Assembly (NCBI RefSeq): GCF_902652985.1
Contig: NC_047017.1
Location: forward strand, 22,444,001-22,508,000
Direction: 5' to 3'
From: Pecten maximus
Taxonomy: Eukaryota
DNA: 64,000 bases
Made by a program: the position numbers and the translations under genes. Numbering within the stretch: the first letter of the stretch is position 1; the number at the start of each line of letters is the position of its first letter. A model generated the notes under the pieces. The model was not told where the DNA came from. It saw only the letters and a program-made list of their open reading frames with translations, and ran no database searches. This document shows, one piece after another, positions 52,301 through 64,000 of this stretch.

Positions 52301-55300
52301 AGTTTGCAAACAAAATTTGTTTCATAATTTAAATAATGTTTTATGTACAATTTTACATGAGAACAAAGAAAACTTAATTATTATGAAAGAAGTTCAGAAG
52401 AATTGAAATTAATATTATTATTTTAATCAATATTTCATTAAAAAATTAACTACATCATAATACAATAACATCTATCAGTAGGATTGGAAAACAAGATATA
52501 AGCTTATATTAATTCCTCTCCTGGGAAACAAATACGCCATTATTTACACACAATCAATAGAGAGATACTAATAGACAAAATAGTATTTACCTGATTAACG
52601 AAATAATAAAGATGAACAAACGTATATGTTATTGACATTTTCAATTATGTACAATTTGTGAACTAGAGAGTAAAACATTGTTCGAATGAAATAATTAACT
52701 GAAAGAAGCAATTGGCGTACCCGCAGTGGTGTCAAGGAAACAAGCTAAAATTTTAAACTTTCATTGAATTTATTTATTTTTTACCGTAACAGATAAAATT
52801 CTTCACAGAAATAAATATTTCTTCATTTTCACTATTTTTAAGCGAGTGATAACTTCATAAAACATAATTTAATTGTCCAAAATATCGTATTCCGCTAAGA
52901 TTACCGATATCATATAAAGACATTGCTGTCTGATACGAGTATAATACAACTAAATAGAAAATGGAAAATGTCTTCTATCATAATCCACTGGTGCAACATG
53001 GTGAGTTAGCGAGGTTTTTTTTCCGAAAAAGATATTAGTTTAATGAACTGCATTTTAACTTGAGTCTAGCATGCAGTATTTGCCGTTTTCTATTTTCAAT
53101 GTTAAAATAATTGTATTTAAATCTGCTGCTCTCATTATCAAAATATATTTTGATAGGTGAATTTTCTCACATATTATGTTGCTATTCAGTCCAAAGTCTA
53201 ATAGAAGTGGTTAAGAGTTTTTGCTGTTAGTATTGTTTGATGGATTTCTGACCGTCTCTGTATATGCATGATTATCTACGTTCTTAAGAGTACTATGGAG
53301 GACATATAATATCATTGTCCATTAGACTTAGTCATTATAAGATTTTGGTTTCTTATATATTGTCTGATTAGATACTATGTCTTAAAATATATATTGAATG
53401 GTCACTTATATATATATACTAGCGGAAATATTTTGATGACATTTGTTGCCCTATCACAGACGTATATGCGTGAATATCATTCAGACAAGAGTACCCTACG
53501 CCGTTTCCTGATCCAAATCAGTAGCGTGTGTTCCCACTCCTTGCACCAGTCGTTGCTCTTTATCTCCTTAACATTGACTACATCAAGTCGTTATATTGCC
53601 CTTTGATAGATATTATTCCAGTCCTGAATAAGTGCCTGCGCGAGTTAGGCGACGTTATATTGGACGTTGACACGCTTCCTAACCCTCCTGTCTAGCTCGT
53701 CCCACACAATCTCGATTGGGGACATATCTGGACTGTATGGTGGTCAGAGCCAGAAAGTCACGACAAACCCTAGCAACACGGGGTCTCGCGTTGTCCAGCT
53801 GTAACGTAAGGTTACGTCGATGGACAAGAGCAAGAACGTCAGAACGTATGGTCTTAAGACCCGATCCCGATGTCACACTGCTGTATGGATACCATGGATA
53901 ACCACGAGAAGTGTTTTCACGCCTTGAGATGTCCTTGTCCATACCATAACAGACCTCCCTCCGAATCTGTTGCTTTCCGTTATGCCAACGTCAGAGTATC
54001 GCTCACCATGACGTCGATAGACACGTTATCGTTCATCTTACCTGTAAAGCGTAACGCGATGCTCGTCAATAAACATCATGCGTCTTGTCTTCCATGGGCC
54101 AAACGGAACCGAATTAGTGCATGTTCAAGCAGCAACTGCATTCGACGTTAGCGTCGCTTAAGTGGCGGGCCAACATAGGGACGTCGTGTCTTAATGAAAC
54201 TCCCGCGACGGATGCTTAACTGTTCTTAGACACAATGGCAGACCGTGAGTACTGGCAACTTGACGTGCCGTCTCCGTCGCCGTCTGAAATCAGTAAGGGA
54301 GGTGCGAGAGACATATGCCTTTATCTTGACGTCGCGACGTAATGCTTTGGCATCCACTCAAGGAGCAATCACCCAATATCCCTGTGGCTCTGAGACGGTC
54401 ACCAAATATCCCTGTGGCTCTGAGCCGCCCAACTAGACGTGATACTGTTGTCTCATGTATACCATATTGCTGAGCTACATGACGTTGCGAATATCCCTGC
54501 GTTATCAGAGCAATGGCTCAACCGACAACACTCAATCGTGGCATTTCGCTGCACAATCGTTTCGAAAAGAAATGTTGTGTAACTGATCTGTACTGTTCCA
54601 ATGTTTGCGGGGTCACGGTCAACTGAATTTTAACTGAATAACATTCCAACATTGCACGGAGGTAGCTCAGTGTGAAATTTAATTGAATTTGGACCACGTT
54701 TCGAAAAGTAATATTAGAAAAACCGAATGTGCGTTTCTTATTTCCGCTATCAATTATGAATATTGATATGTTCATATCAATATCCAGTGAACCATGAATC
54801 ACTTCAATTGATCCACTTCGTCGTCTGTTCTTTTTCTTTATAATAAACAATAACGTTACGAGCTAATCTTAGGCGTCATCTTATTAATGTTCTGTACTGT
54901 GGTTATGGAATGATTGTCAAAGCCTTAACATAGAAGATATTGATTTACGGAGTAACATTGGAGAAGCACATGCATTTCTTTTTAGGTAGAATAAATGATA
55001 AATGATTTTACCAAAATGACAACTACTTGTAAAATGTACAGAAATTACAAGACTCTTTCATATGTTTGTATGTAGGATAGAAATATTCAACCCGTAGGAT
55101 TATACAATAAGGTGAAACCTGAGGATTGCCAATGGTGTTACCATATTCTGATCCTTAGGGTGAAATACATCACTATCCTATTTCTGCTAAACATGCCCCT
55201 CAATCTGTTTTCTATTCGGAGTTGCAGTATGTGTGGTATTACTTCTGGTGACTTTTGCATCATCATGTGTAAATCACCGGACAAGGACTCGACCCGATTA

Positions 55301-58300
55301 TTTGATCTTTTCTGTGATATGATAATAATATACGTTTTTTTTACGGTTGGAATGACAAAGGTATGTTCGTCGATAAAGTGATTCATTCGTAGGATGGATG
55401 CAGTCCTATTTTAATCTACACTAATATTTTCTTTAATGAACATCCAACGCAGACAGATGTGAACACAGGCAGACGTTGTTAGAATGTTCTCCCTTTAATG
55501 CTGATTACACCACGCGGTTTGCTACGTGTCATCACCAAAGCAAGTGATATAATTATGTTTATATGAAAATAAATATACGCTTAGGTATACAATATATAGA
55601 GTTAAGTAGATTGTGTAACTTGTGTAATTGTCCCTTTTTGAAAAAAAGAGATGTCTGAATAAAAACGAAACTGGTGGCTTTCTATAAATATATAGGAAAG
55701 CAAACAAATACATATATGTTATTCTACTAATGTAATGTAATTTTAAAAACGTTTTTCCGTCAGTACCTCACATTTTGTGTCCATTCATGATCCGCTCATT
55801 CATTCAAAAGTTGTATGTCACTTTACTTATAGAAATGTATTAATTTCCTCACCTACAACTTTTAGACTGAAGAGAAAAAGGCAAACAAATCTAACAGTAT
55901 AAAACCTTATATACATACCGCTTTCAACAGCCTGTTTCAGTTCGTTACATTGCTGAGTTGATGAATCGTCTGTAAAGTGTGTATGTAATATTCGGCCAGT
56001 ACCCTGTCTCTCACAACCAGTTGACAGATATGGTGTCAAGCACCACTGCTCAAGATCTGATCCGGATTCTTCAGGTACACACAGACGAAAAGTTAGACGT
56101 CCGTTTAAACCATCCAGTAGCGCCTTTGTTAAAGGATTTTCGTTGTTTTCTGTTTGACATTCTACGTCTCGATACTGTGTAATGTTATATTTGTTTACCT
56201 TCTCTTTACATCTCGGACAAACATCATACCACGTTTGTTTACTCTCTTTTTCTAAACTGAAATGGACTTCATCGATCTTCCTTGCAGTTGCAGACAGACC
56301 ATCAATTTGCATTTTGAAGTCTTTAGAGATTGCCTGCAACAGAAATATGTAACCTGACTTCTAACACTCAATAAACCTTGTTTAAGTGTACATTTACAAT
56401 AAGTAATTTTAATGCTGCTTATGTCCTAATCAACTAACTTTACATTGACTTTTTCTCAAATAATGTACTTACTCTTAGGTGCTTTAGGCGACGAGATATA
56501 CTGTATGTATAACATTATGACACAGGTGACGACGGAAGACAATTTCATGACTCGTGCCCTGATCAAGCACGATTTAGGTGCACTTAATCGCCCAGCCAGA
56601 AGTAGCAGCAGCTTATACATATGCCACCACATTCACGTTCTTAAAAACATACATGAAATCGAACATACCCCCTACCTACTCTTGTCTTGGAATCGCGGAA
56701 AAAAAACAAACCTAAAACGGAGATACACATTGAACGAAAAAGAGGACAAATAAAGGAAATGAAATCAAATCTTTGGAGAATAGCATGCACGGTAAGTGCA
56801 GCGAGGAACAAATAAGCAAGATAATTTGACAAGATTTTAAGAAAAATGTAGAAGAAAGTAGACAGCATCAACAAACAAAATAAATAAATACACATGTACC
56901 GCTACCCAGCAGAATGTTATCACGGAAATCAATAAAAGTAAAACAGAAAACATGCGAGGCCAACATTATTGTATATGGAATAAAGGATCAATCCAGTAAA
57001 GACGAAGCCGCAGAAAGAAGCTGATGAGAAGGAAATGAAGGAGGTGATCTGAACAAAGTGAAGTATGAGGACAATGAAGCCGGGAATGTAGAGGAAACCA
57101 CTTTAAGAAATGAGGCAAAGTTGAATCGGTGTTCTTTATACACAGAGTACGTGGACAACCGTGGAACAGTAAGCCCGTCCGATTGACAACCACGAAGGAA
57201 CAATGCCTGCCGACAAATTCCGATGTACATTTGTATGTTACAAATGCGGCAATACTCACAAACAAACCGAGGAACTTATATATCTATAAACAAACAGGAA
57301 AAATTAGATATCATCGCACTAGTTTAGATTTTTTTTTCTTAACATTTCAGGTACCGAATGAACGAATCCAACAAGGACTTTACGGGAGCAATGAAAAAAA
57401 AGGATTGTGAGGAATCGAAATATACACGGCACACAAACTAGGAGCCACAGAAATATAAATTAACGAAGCATATAATGAAGAATTATGGACAGAAATTTCA
57501 CTGATAAATGAAATACCTTAACATTACCATGCCTCTACAGGCGTCCAAACAGCGAAGATGAAAATTATATGTATTTTTGTTCGTTAATCACCAGTATAGT
57601 TGCAATGAAAAAGTCACACTATAAGTTTGGGACATAAAGTCAAGAGACAACTCCATATACCATACACACTGATAACACTCAACTCCATGTACTATACACA
57701 CTGATAACATACAACTCCATATACCATACACACTGATAACACTCAACTCCATATACCATACACACTGATAACACACAGCTCCATGTACCATACACACTGA
57801 TAACACACAACTTCATGTACTATACACACTGATAACACACAACTTCATGTACTATACACACTGATAACATACAAATTCATGTACTAAACACACTGATAAC
57901 ACACAATTCCATGTACTAAACACACTGATAACACACAACTTAATGTACTATACACACTGATAACACATAACATCATGTACCATACACACTGATAACACAT
58001 AACATCATGTACCATACACACTGATAACACACAACTTAATGTACTATACACACTGATAACACATAACATCATGTACCATACACACTGATAACACATAACA
58101 TCATGTACCATACACACTGATAACACACAACTCCATGGACCATACACACTGATAACACACAATTACATGTACTAAACACACTGATAACACATAACTTAAT
58201 GTACTATACACACTGATAACACATAACATCATGTACCATACACACTGATAACACATAACATCATGTACCATACACACTGATAACACACAACATCACATCA

Positions 58301-58860
58301 TGTACCATACACACTGATAACACATAACATCATGTACCATACACACTGATTACACATAACATCATGTACCATACACACTGATAACACACAGCTCCATGTA
58401 CCATACACACCGATAACATACCTTCATAACTGCCGGAGGCGAAGCTGTGTACACCGGTATGAATTGGGTGAGGGACCGTTGGTAGGCTGCCATGACTGTT
58501 GTATACAGTGATATGTGTAGTCTTCTTCAACGCAAAAAATGTAATATTAAACCTGAACGCAGGTTCTATGTTCAATCCATACACTGCGATATCGAAACTG
58601 GAAAACACTTGGGTTTATATTTTTCTACTTTCGTTTTCTTCACTTTGTGTACACACAAAACCACACACACCTTTACGCATACCTGAATGTGTGTATGACT
58701 AAAGGAAGTGAATCGAAACCAAATATAGAAATATTTTAACAAGTGTAAATAAAAGAAGCAAAAGTGCCGGTATAATGGATTATACGTGATTCTTCTGAAT
58801 CTAATCGTTTGTTTTCCAAACTTCAATTAGTTATTTTTTCATACCTGTACGGCGTGTCAT
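34354..58860 (-). CDS. Uncharacterised long coiled-coil protein (~1353 aa) with 28-aa repeats and a C-terminal alpha/beta domain
   Basis: Exons in transcript order: 58860-58845, 56711-56669, 56500-56473, 56333-55919, 52130-52029, 49704-49612, 48958-48863, 45524-45387, 43865-43698, 42481-42260, 40936-40769, 40070-39924, 37966-36053, 35756-35682, 35310-35086, 34565-34354. Total 4062 nt, all GT-AG, open frame. Exons from 56333 onward are well supported; the three 5' microexons are tentative. Confidence 0.78.
36200..37904 (-). repeat. 84-bp (28-aa) coding tandem repeat, ~21 units, with higher-order 336-bp and 924-bp periodicities
   Basis: Unit like KTKLxSDLEK(N/Y)xEExExLTxxVExLxxE. 37081 matches 37417 (336 bp) and 36841 matches 37765 (924 bp). 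Confidence 0.95.
40208..40722 (-). mobile_element. Degenerate HINE-like element between the duplicated exons
   Basis: Repeated AAATATGAAGTTCCAG / GGTCAGA..GACCTA units and a CAGACGGACGGACAC microsatellite near the end. Confidence 0.45.
41076..41583 (-). mobile_element. Old diverged single-unit copy of HINE family A
   Basis: AACAAGAGACCCATGAGC start, AAATGTGATTTCCTATATAAA..AAAGTT..CCCTCC unit, GGTCACTGAGC..GTGACCT end. Confidence 0.6.
50108..50830. mobile_element. Non-autonomous DNA transposon with long degenerate inverted arms (Kolobok-like, tentative)
   Basis: TTGATATGGCAGT (~50157) / ACTGCCATATCAA (~50752). AACTCC..AAACGGCA..CTCACTT..CGACTAAAAA (50202-50255) is inverted at 50669-50719. 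The right end is ACTGCCCCT-TTAA. Confidence 0.6.
53420..54749 (-). mobile_element. Tc1/mariner transposase relic (stops and frameshifts)
   Basis: Minus-strand fragments LQLDNARPRVARVCRDFL and PYSPDMSPIEIVWDELDRRVR (second D and E regions of Tc1 DD34E), plus KTRRPYVGPPL. 11-bp inverted ends TAGCGGAAATA (53420) / TATTTCCGCTA (54739). Confidence 0.85.
57648..58420. repeat. 32-bp minisatellite, ~24 copies (putative first intron of the coiled-coil gene)
   Basis: Unit CACACTGATAACACA(C/T)AAC(A/T)(T/C)CATGTACCATA. Confidence 0.95.
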
Positions 58861-59292
58861 GTTTTTCCGTGATGTAAGGGAGGTAACTCCCATATAGTCG
58901 GAGACCAGTGGCGTGTGTGGGAGTTGTTCGACTTATCTTGATTTTAGTCGGCGCGTGATCAATGCCACCAAGATGGAATTGTGTTACGTGTATATAATAC
59001 TTGTGATAGAAGAGGCTCCCATTTATTTAGTATATACTTAAACTCATTCGAGGGTAAATAGTAATATCAATATATATATATGTTATTATATCACGAATCA
59101 AACTAACGTGTATTGGCGGGTTAAGACGACAGGAACTTAAACTTTCAAACTATCTAGGAACGGATGATATGGATGTAATGCATTTGATAGTATAATACAT
59201 TTTCCCCCCAATAGTCTCATGCTATAAAAGTTTATTGTCTCATGGTATAAATGTTTATCGTCCTATCGACAATTATGGTAAATTTGAGGCGG

Positions 59293-59882
59293 ATGTTTAA
59301 TTCTGTATTGCAACTGGTAGATGTTATTTCGAACACCATACGGAATACATCTGGATGTCAGAAAGTTCAATTATCACCACGGTAAGGATTTCATTCTACA
59401 GTTACACTAATTTTAATGCTGGGCTTACTGTCATCAAGTGAGTATTTTATAAAAAATAACTATATACATTTGTATGTGTAGAAGTGCAACACATAAACCT
59501 GTGTTCTACACCTGTCATGGCGCATCATTTGAATTTGAACCGAAAAGTCGACAGATTCTAATGCATTTCTTATCATCATAAGAATTCATGTTATATATGT
59601 AGGTATAGTGATGATTTTTGAAGGATAAAGTTAAAAATCGCGGACTGGGGCAGTAATGATACGTGACGAAATCTAATTAGTATTCTCTTCTGAAGAAGAT
59701 GTTACAAGTAGAATATTGCTATTGCACTTATATAGTACAACCGTACTGTAGCTTTTGCAAAAAAAAAAAAAAAAAAACTTCAAAGAAGTCGGCTGATCAA
59801 ATATTTATGTTGTGTTATTTTCTTTGTCATTATATTTTGCCTTAAAAGAAGCAGCAGAGTTGATTTGTAGGATATCAAAGTG
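59293..59882 (+). repeat. Recent direct duplication, copy 1 (copy 2 at 63415-64000, running off the window)
   Basis: Near-identical over ~590 bp. Visible differences are one 8-nt indel, poly(A) length and about 3 substitutions. Confidence 0.95.
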
Positions 59883-62546
59883 GTGCAGAAGGCCGAAATT
59901 TGATCTTAAATGTTTTTACAAAATATGGTCTTAAAACTGAAAAAATGCATTGTGATTAGATATCAGCTTACGTCTAAGTAGCCTAGCTACACAATAATAA
60001 TTTCGAACTACATTGGGTTTAATCGGTTTTATAATTAAGCAGACAGACGAAATTTCATAGTATGACCTGAATTTGAACTAGTCTGGTTGGGACACTTTAC
60101 GTTTTACGACTGTGAATGGTTGGAAATGAAAACAAATAAGCTTAAAAAATTGTAATTTAGGATGAAACTGAAAATGCTGAAATCCGACTTTCATAGCGAC
60201 TTAAGTTTTAGAGTAATTGCGATTTTTCTCGAAAACACACCTGAAGCCCAAAGCCGTTGACCTCGTTTCGGTGACCTCTGACCTGTGGCGTCACAGGTTT
60301 AACGGGATCAGAGCCGTCATGTAGGAAATATATAGAAATAAACGTGAACACGTGCCTGCAATTAATGCGAATTAGACAACAATTATGTGAATGCTGAATA
60401 AACTTTTTGAGTTATATTTGTGAATAAGTTAATAACAAGTGCTACCGAAACCAGGGACATGTGATTTTCTATTATAACGGGCCGTTCATAACACGTAGCA
60501 TCTTACTACTTTTCCATTATAACGGGCCAAATGCAACGAGTATCATCTTATTAATTTTAACGGACCGTTGTAACAGAGACCTATATACTAATAAGTATAT
60601 AAGTCTCAGGTTGTTACCTGTATAACATTGGAATAACGGGCCGCTTATAACATGTAACGACTTACATTACATAACCTTTAATATGAGGGCATAGTTTGTT
60701 ACATACAAATATTGATTTCGGTTATAATACTTCTAGTAATAGAAGTTGAAAATGCAATTCAAACATGCTGTGAAATAAAGACTGAAAATTTTGAATTTTT
60801 ATTAGCCAAAACAGCATTGGATGCATTGCAAATCCACTTAAAGATACCGCTATTTGTGATTTTCGGATAATTGTCCGAAATTGACAAAACTTGTCCATGA
60901 AAGATTAGTATATATAACTCCCAGACAAGATTCATAGAGTAAAATTTCAACGTCGTGGGTATATAAGTGAGCCAACTTAGGTTAATTATTCTATAAGCAA
61001 ACCTTTGAGAAACAAAATTGTTTTGCTTGAAGGGAAAACAAAACTCGCTGAATTCCAAAAATAGTGTATTTGGTTTCAACAACTTGAGAATGTAATCCCT
61101 ATAGTATAAACGCAATTCTTAACAAAATTCAAGCTCAATTTACGTACATCCTGTAAAAACATATCTTCGGAACATTTTTGAAGTGCACAGAAACCAAACG
61201 CGTTAACTCACCAGCAATTATCGGCGCGTGCTGATTAGAACGCCAGAAACCTGTGGTGCAGTGACAGGTACATGACGAGCTTGTGGACAGTAATTTCACA
61301 CCTGGTTATTGTTTAGCGGTCTACTAAAACTTGAGAATTCTTAATTCTCCGAACATGTATGTATATTTCCTTGGTAAGTTCTGTTTTAAGAGAAGACATG
61401 ACTTGTGACACACGAATGGAAAGTAAAATCACAAGGATCTCAATCACTTCACGATAATTACAAAAAAAAAAAAAAATTATAAACTTTTGTCATTGCGAGT
61501 TAAGTATTGTTTAAGGTCTCTGGTTTTTATGATTAGTGACGATGAAATAAATTGTATTTCTTTTTATCATAAAAAACGGAGCTAGAATTATGGTTTTAAT
61601 CAGTTCCTATGATATGTATCTGTACGTAAACTATCAATAATATAATAGTTGTTGCGAAGTACTTTTATGTAATTTCACTGACAGTGATCGTACATGCATC
61701 TTTATAAAGCATTTAATCACTGGTAATCAGGGATAAAATCTGTATAAGTAGAAGTGCGTTGTAGGTTCCAACACTGGTTTTCATACGGGAAAGATTTAGT
61801 ATATTGTAGATCATGATAAATCTATATATTACTTTCTGAATTATGTGTCCTTCATGACTAAAAGCGGGTTTTGTATAGAATACAGCGCATAAGTTTTTAC
61901 TATACTTGCGTATCGTCTTTTCTCACAAACCAGAGTATCCAGAACTGTTGTATTGTTGGTATGTTTATTTGAATACTAATTTTAAAATGGCACATTATTT
62001 TATAAAAAAAAAAAATATATATATATACAATTCTGTATGTTGATGCCGTGTTCCTTTTTATGGTAATGAGTAAGAAATAGTAAACACATAACTAATATAC
62101 ATGTATTGGTAATTGACCGATTATTACATCAGTCTGTATTACAAAAGCGGTCATTTTCAACAGTTCATTTCACTAAAAAAAAATTTAAACTCAAACTGAT
62201 ATTGTTGGATTTCGACTTCTTGTCGGCAATATTCGCTTAAGTCATCAACCTCAAATCTCATTCCCAGATCGTATTCAGACATGTTTGTGCTGCAACTGTT
62301 CACACTGTCGTCTATACCACTGGCCACCATTTCAGTTACTCCGTTAAACCTGTGACGTCATAGACGTATAGAGTTCATAGAGATCGACCGACAGGTACAA
62401 ATCGCGTGCTTCGATGTGCGATATCTCGGCACTCGTCCTACCGATTTTGATGCGGTTTGCGACTTTTTTCTTTGTTGGTTACATAGAATAACAAATTTGA
62501 ATATCGTTTTTCGTTCCGGGTAAATTTTAATACAATTTTTAATATA

Positions 62547-63415
62547 GACAATACCGTTACATTAACACCATTTGTTATAGACACCATACTGTTACATTAA
62601 CACCTTATGTCCTATAGACTAGACAGTGACATTAGCACAAACAGTCATATAGACCATACTGTAACATTAGTACCATCTTTCAAATAGACCATGCCATAAC
62701 GTTAGCACCATCTGTCATAAACCATGCTGGCATGCAGCACAATTAAATACAATAACCTTCGGTGTCTTCATATATGTAAAAGCAAACCTTTATTTGTTGA
62801 TATTAGTTTTATTACTTGCTTGCCTTGGGTTAAATGATATGCCGTTCAAGAAAATGGTATTGTCTGTTAAACTATCTATATCTGGTGAGAACTGTTTGGT
62901 ACGGAAAGGAAATCCTGTAGACCATGCTTACTCACAATAACATTCTGAATTTCTTTCGTAAACCTATAAAAAAATACATGAGGGACGTATAAGATTGAAT
63001 TAAAAATGGCTATATCCAAAATAGGAAAAACATATGTTCATTTTTGTGTCAATCTGATCTTATTTAATTCGTATCTGGTAGCAGCACTTGTATGCTGCGA
63101 ATTCATTTTTGCTCTACTCTATCTTGTTTTCCACTTATTTTGAAAAGTGCTGATATCTAGTGTGTCTTCTTTACAATCCTATGATATGTCTTACTTTCAT
63201 AAAGCTACTGCATTCAAAATCATTTGGCCCTTTACTGACGAGTCTTAGGAGGATGAAAAGCTGTATGATGTCCCTAGCATTACTGACTAGTCCCATAAGG
63301 ATGAAACAGCTGTATGATGTCCATATGATTTCGGACGAGTCCTAGAAGGAGTAAACACCAGTAGGATAACCTTAGTATTTCAGACGAACCATAGAAGGAC
63401 GAAATAACTGTATAA
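62547..63415 (+). pseudogene. Decayed genomic copy of the 3' end of ACOT gene 2 (intron minisatellite, last exon, 3' UTR, hammerhead array)
   Basis: GAGAACTGTTTGGTACGGAAAGGAAATCCTGTAGACCATGCTTACTCACAATAA (62887-62940) matches 25635-25688, with the acceptor TAG changed to GTG, GAA changed to TAA, and deletions after it. Flanks are collinear with ~25150-25830 and ~26320-26580. Confidence 0.88.
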
Positions 63416-63416
63416 T
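63231..63416 (+). ncRNA. Second, diverged hammerhead-motif array (4 units)
   Basis: CTGACGAGTCTTAGGAGGATGAAAAGCTGTATGATG; GCATTACTGACTAGTCCCATAAGGATGAAACAGCTGTATGATG; the last unit retains GGACGAAA. Confidence 0.65.
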
Positions 63417-64000
63417 GTTTAATTCTGTATTGCAACTGGTAGATGTTATTTCGAACACCATACGGAATACATCTGGATGTCAGAAAGTTCAATTATCACC
63501 ACGGTAAGGATTTCATTCTACAGTTACACTAATTTTAATGCTGGGCTTACTGTCATCAAGTGAGTATTTTATAAAAAATAACTATATATGTGTAGAAGTG
63601 CAACAAATAAACCTGTGTTCTACACCTGTCATGGCGCATCATTTGAATTTGAACCGAAAAGTCGACAGATTCTAATGCATTTCTTATCATCATAAGAATT
63701 CATGTTATATATGTAGGTATAGTGATGATTTTTGAAGGATAAAGTTAAAAATCGCGGACTGGGGCAGTAATGATACGTGACGAAATCTAATTAGTATTCT
63801 CTTCTGAAGAAGATGTTACAAGTAGAATATTGCTATTGCACTTATATAGTACAACCGTACTGTAGCTTTTGCAAAAAAAAAAAAAAAAAAAAAAACTTCA
63901 AAGAAGTCGGCTGATCAAATATTTATGTTGGGTTATTTTCTTTGTCATTATATTTTGCCTTAAAAGAAGCAGCAGAGTTAATTTGTAGGATATCAAAGTG
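63415..64000 (+). repeat. Recent direct duplication, copy 2
   Basis: Matches 59293-59882; identity begins at ATGTTTAATTCTGTATTGCAAC. Confidence 0.95.

Overview
AT-rich, intron-rich animal genomic DNA, probably a bivalve mollusc (inferred from the Helentron/HINE-type satellite-carrying elements, tRNA-derived SINEs and frequent TACATGTA words). Three spliced genes can be assembled by hand with consistent GT-AG sites and phases. (1) A 5'-truncated type-I acyl-CoA thioesterase/BAAT-family gene (+, 2223-10562) ending in the peroxisomal signal SRL. (2) Its complete tandem paralog (+, 17271-25775, 9 exons, 456 aa) with a predicted mitochondrial-leader exon and a KSLL C-terminus. (3) A 16-exon minus-strand gene (58860-34354, about 1353 aa) encoding a very long coiled coil with a 28-residue repeat exon and an uncharacterised C-terminal alpha/beta domain. 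A decayed copy of the 3' end of gene 2 lies at 62.5-63.4 kb, fused to a near-identical recent duplication. The two most unusual signals are a tandem array of minimal hammerhead-ribozyme motifs just downstream of the gene 2 poly(A) signal (repeated in the decayed copy), and a 1.7-kb minisatellite made by amplifying the exon end plus 5' splice site of gene 1 about 55-60 times. Most ORFs in the supplied track are non-coding or repeat artefacts. Gene models are hand-built without transcript data.
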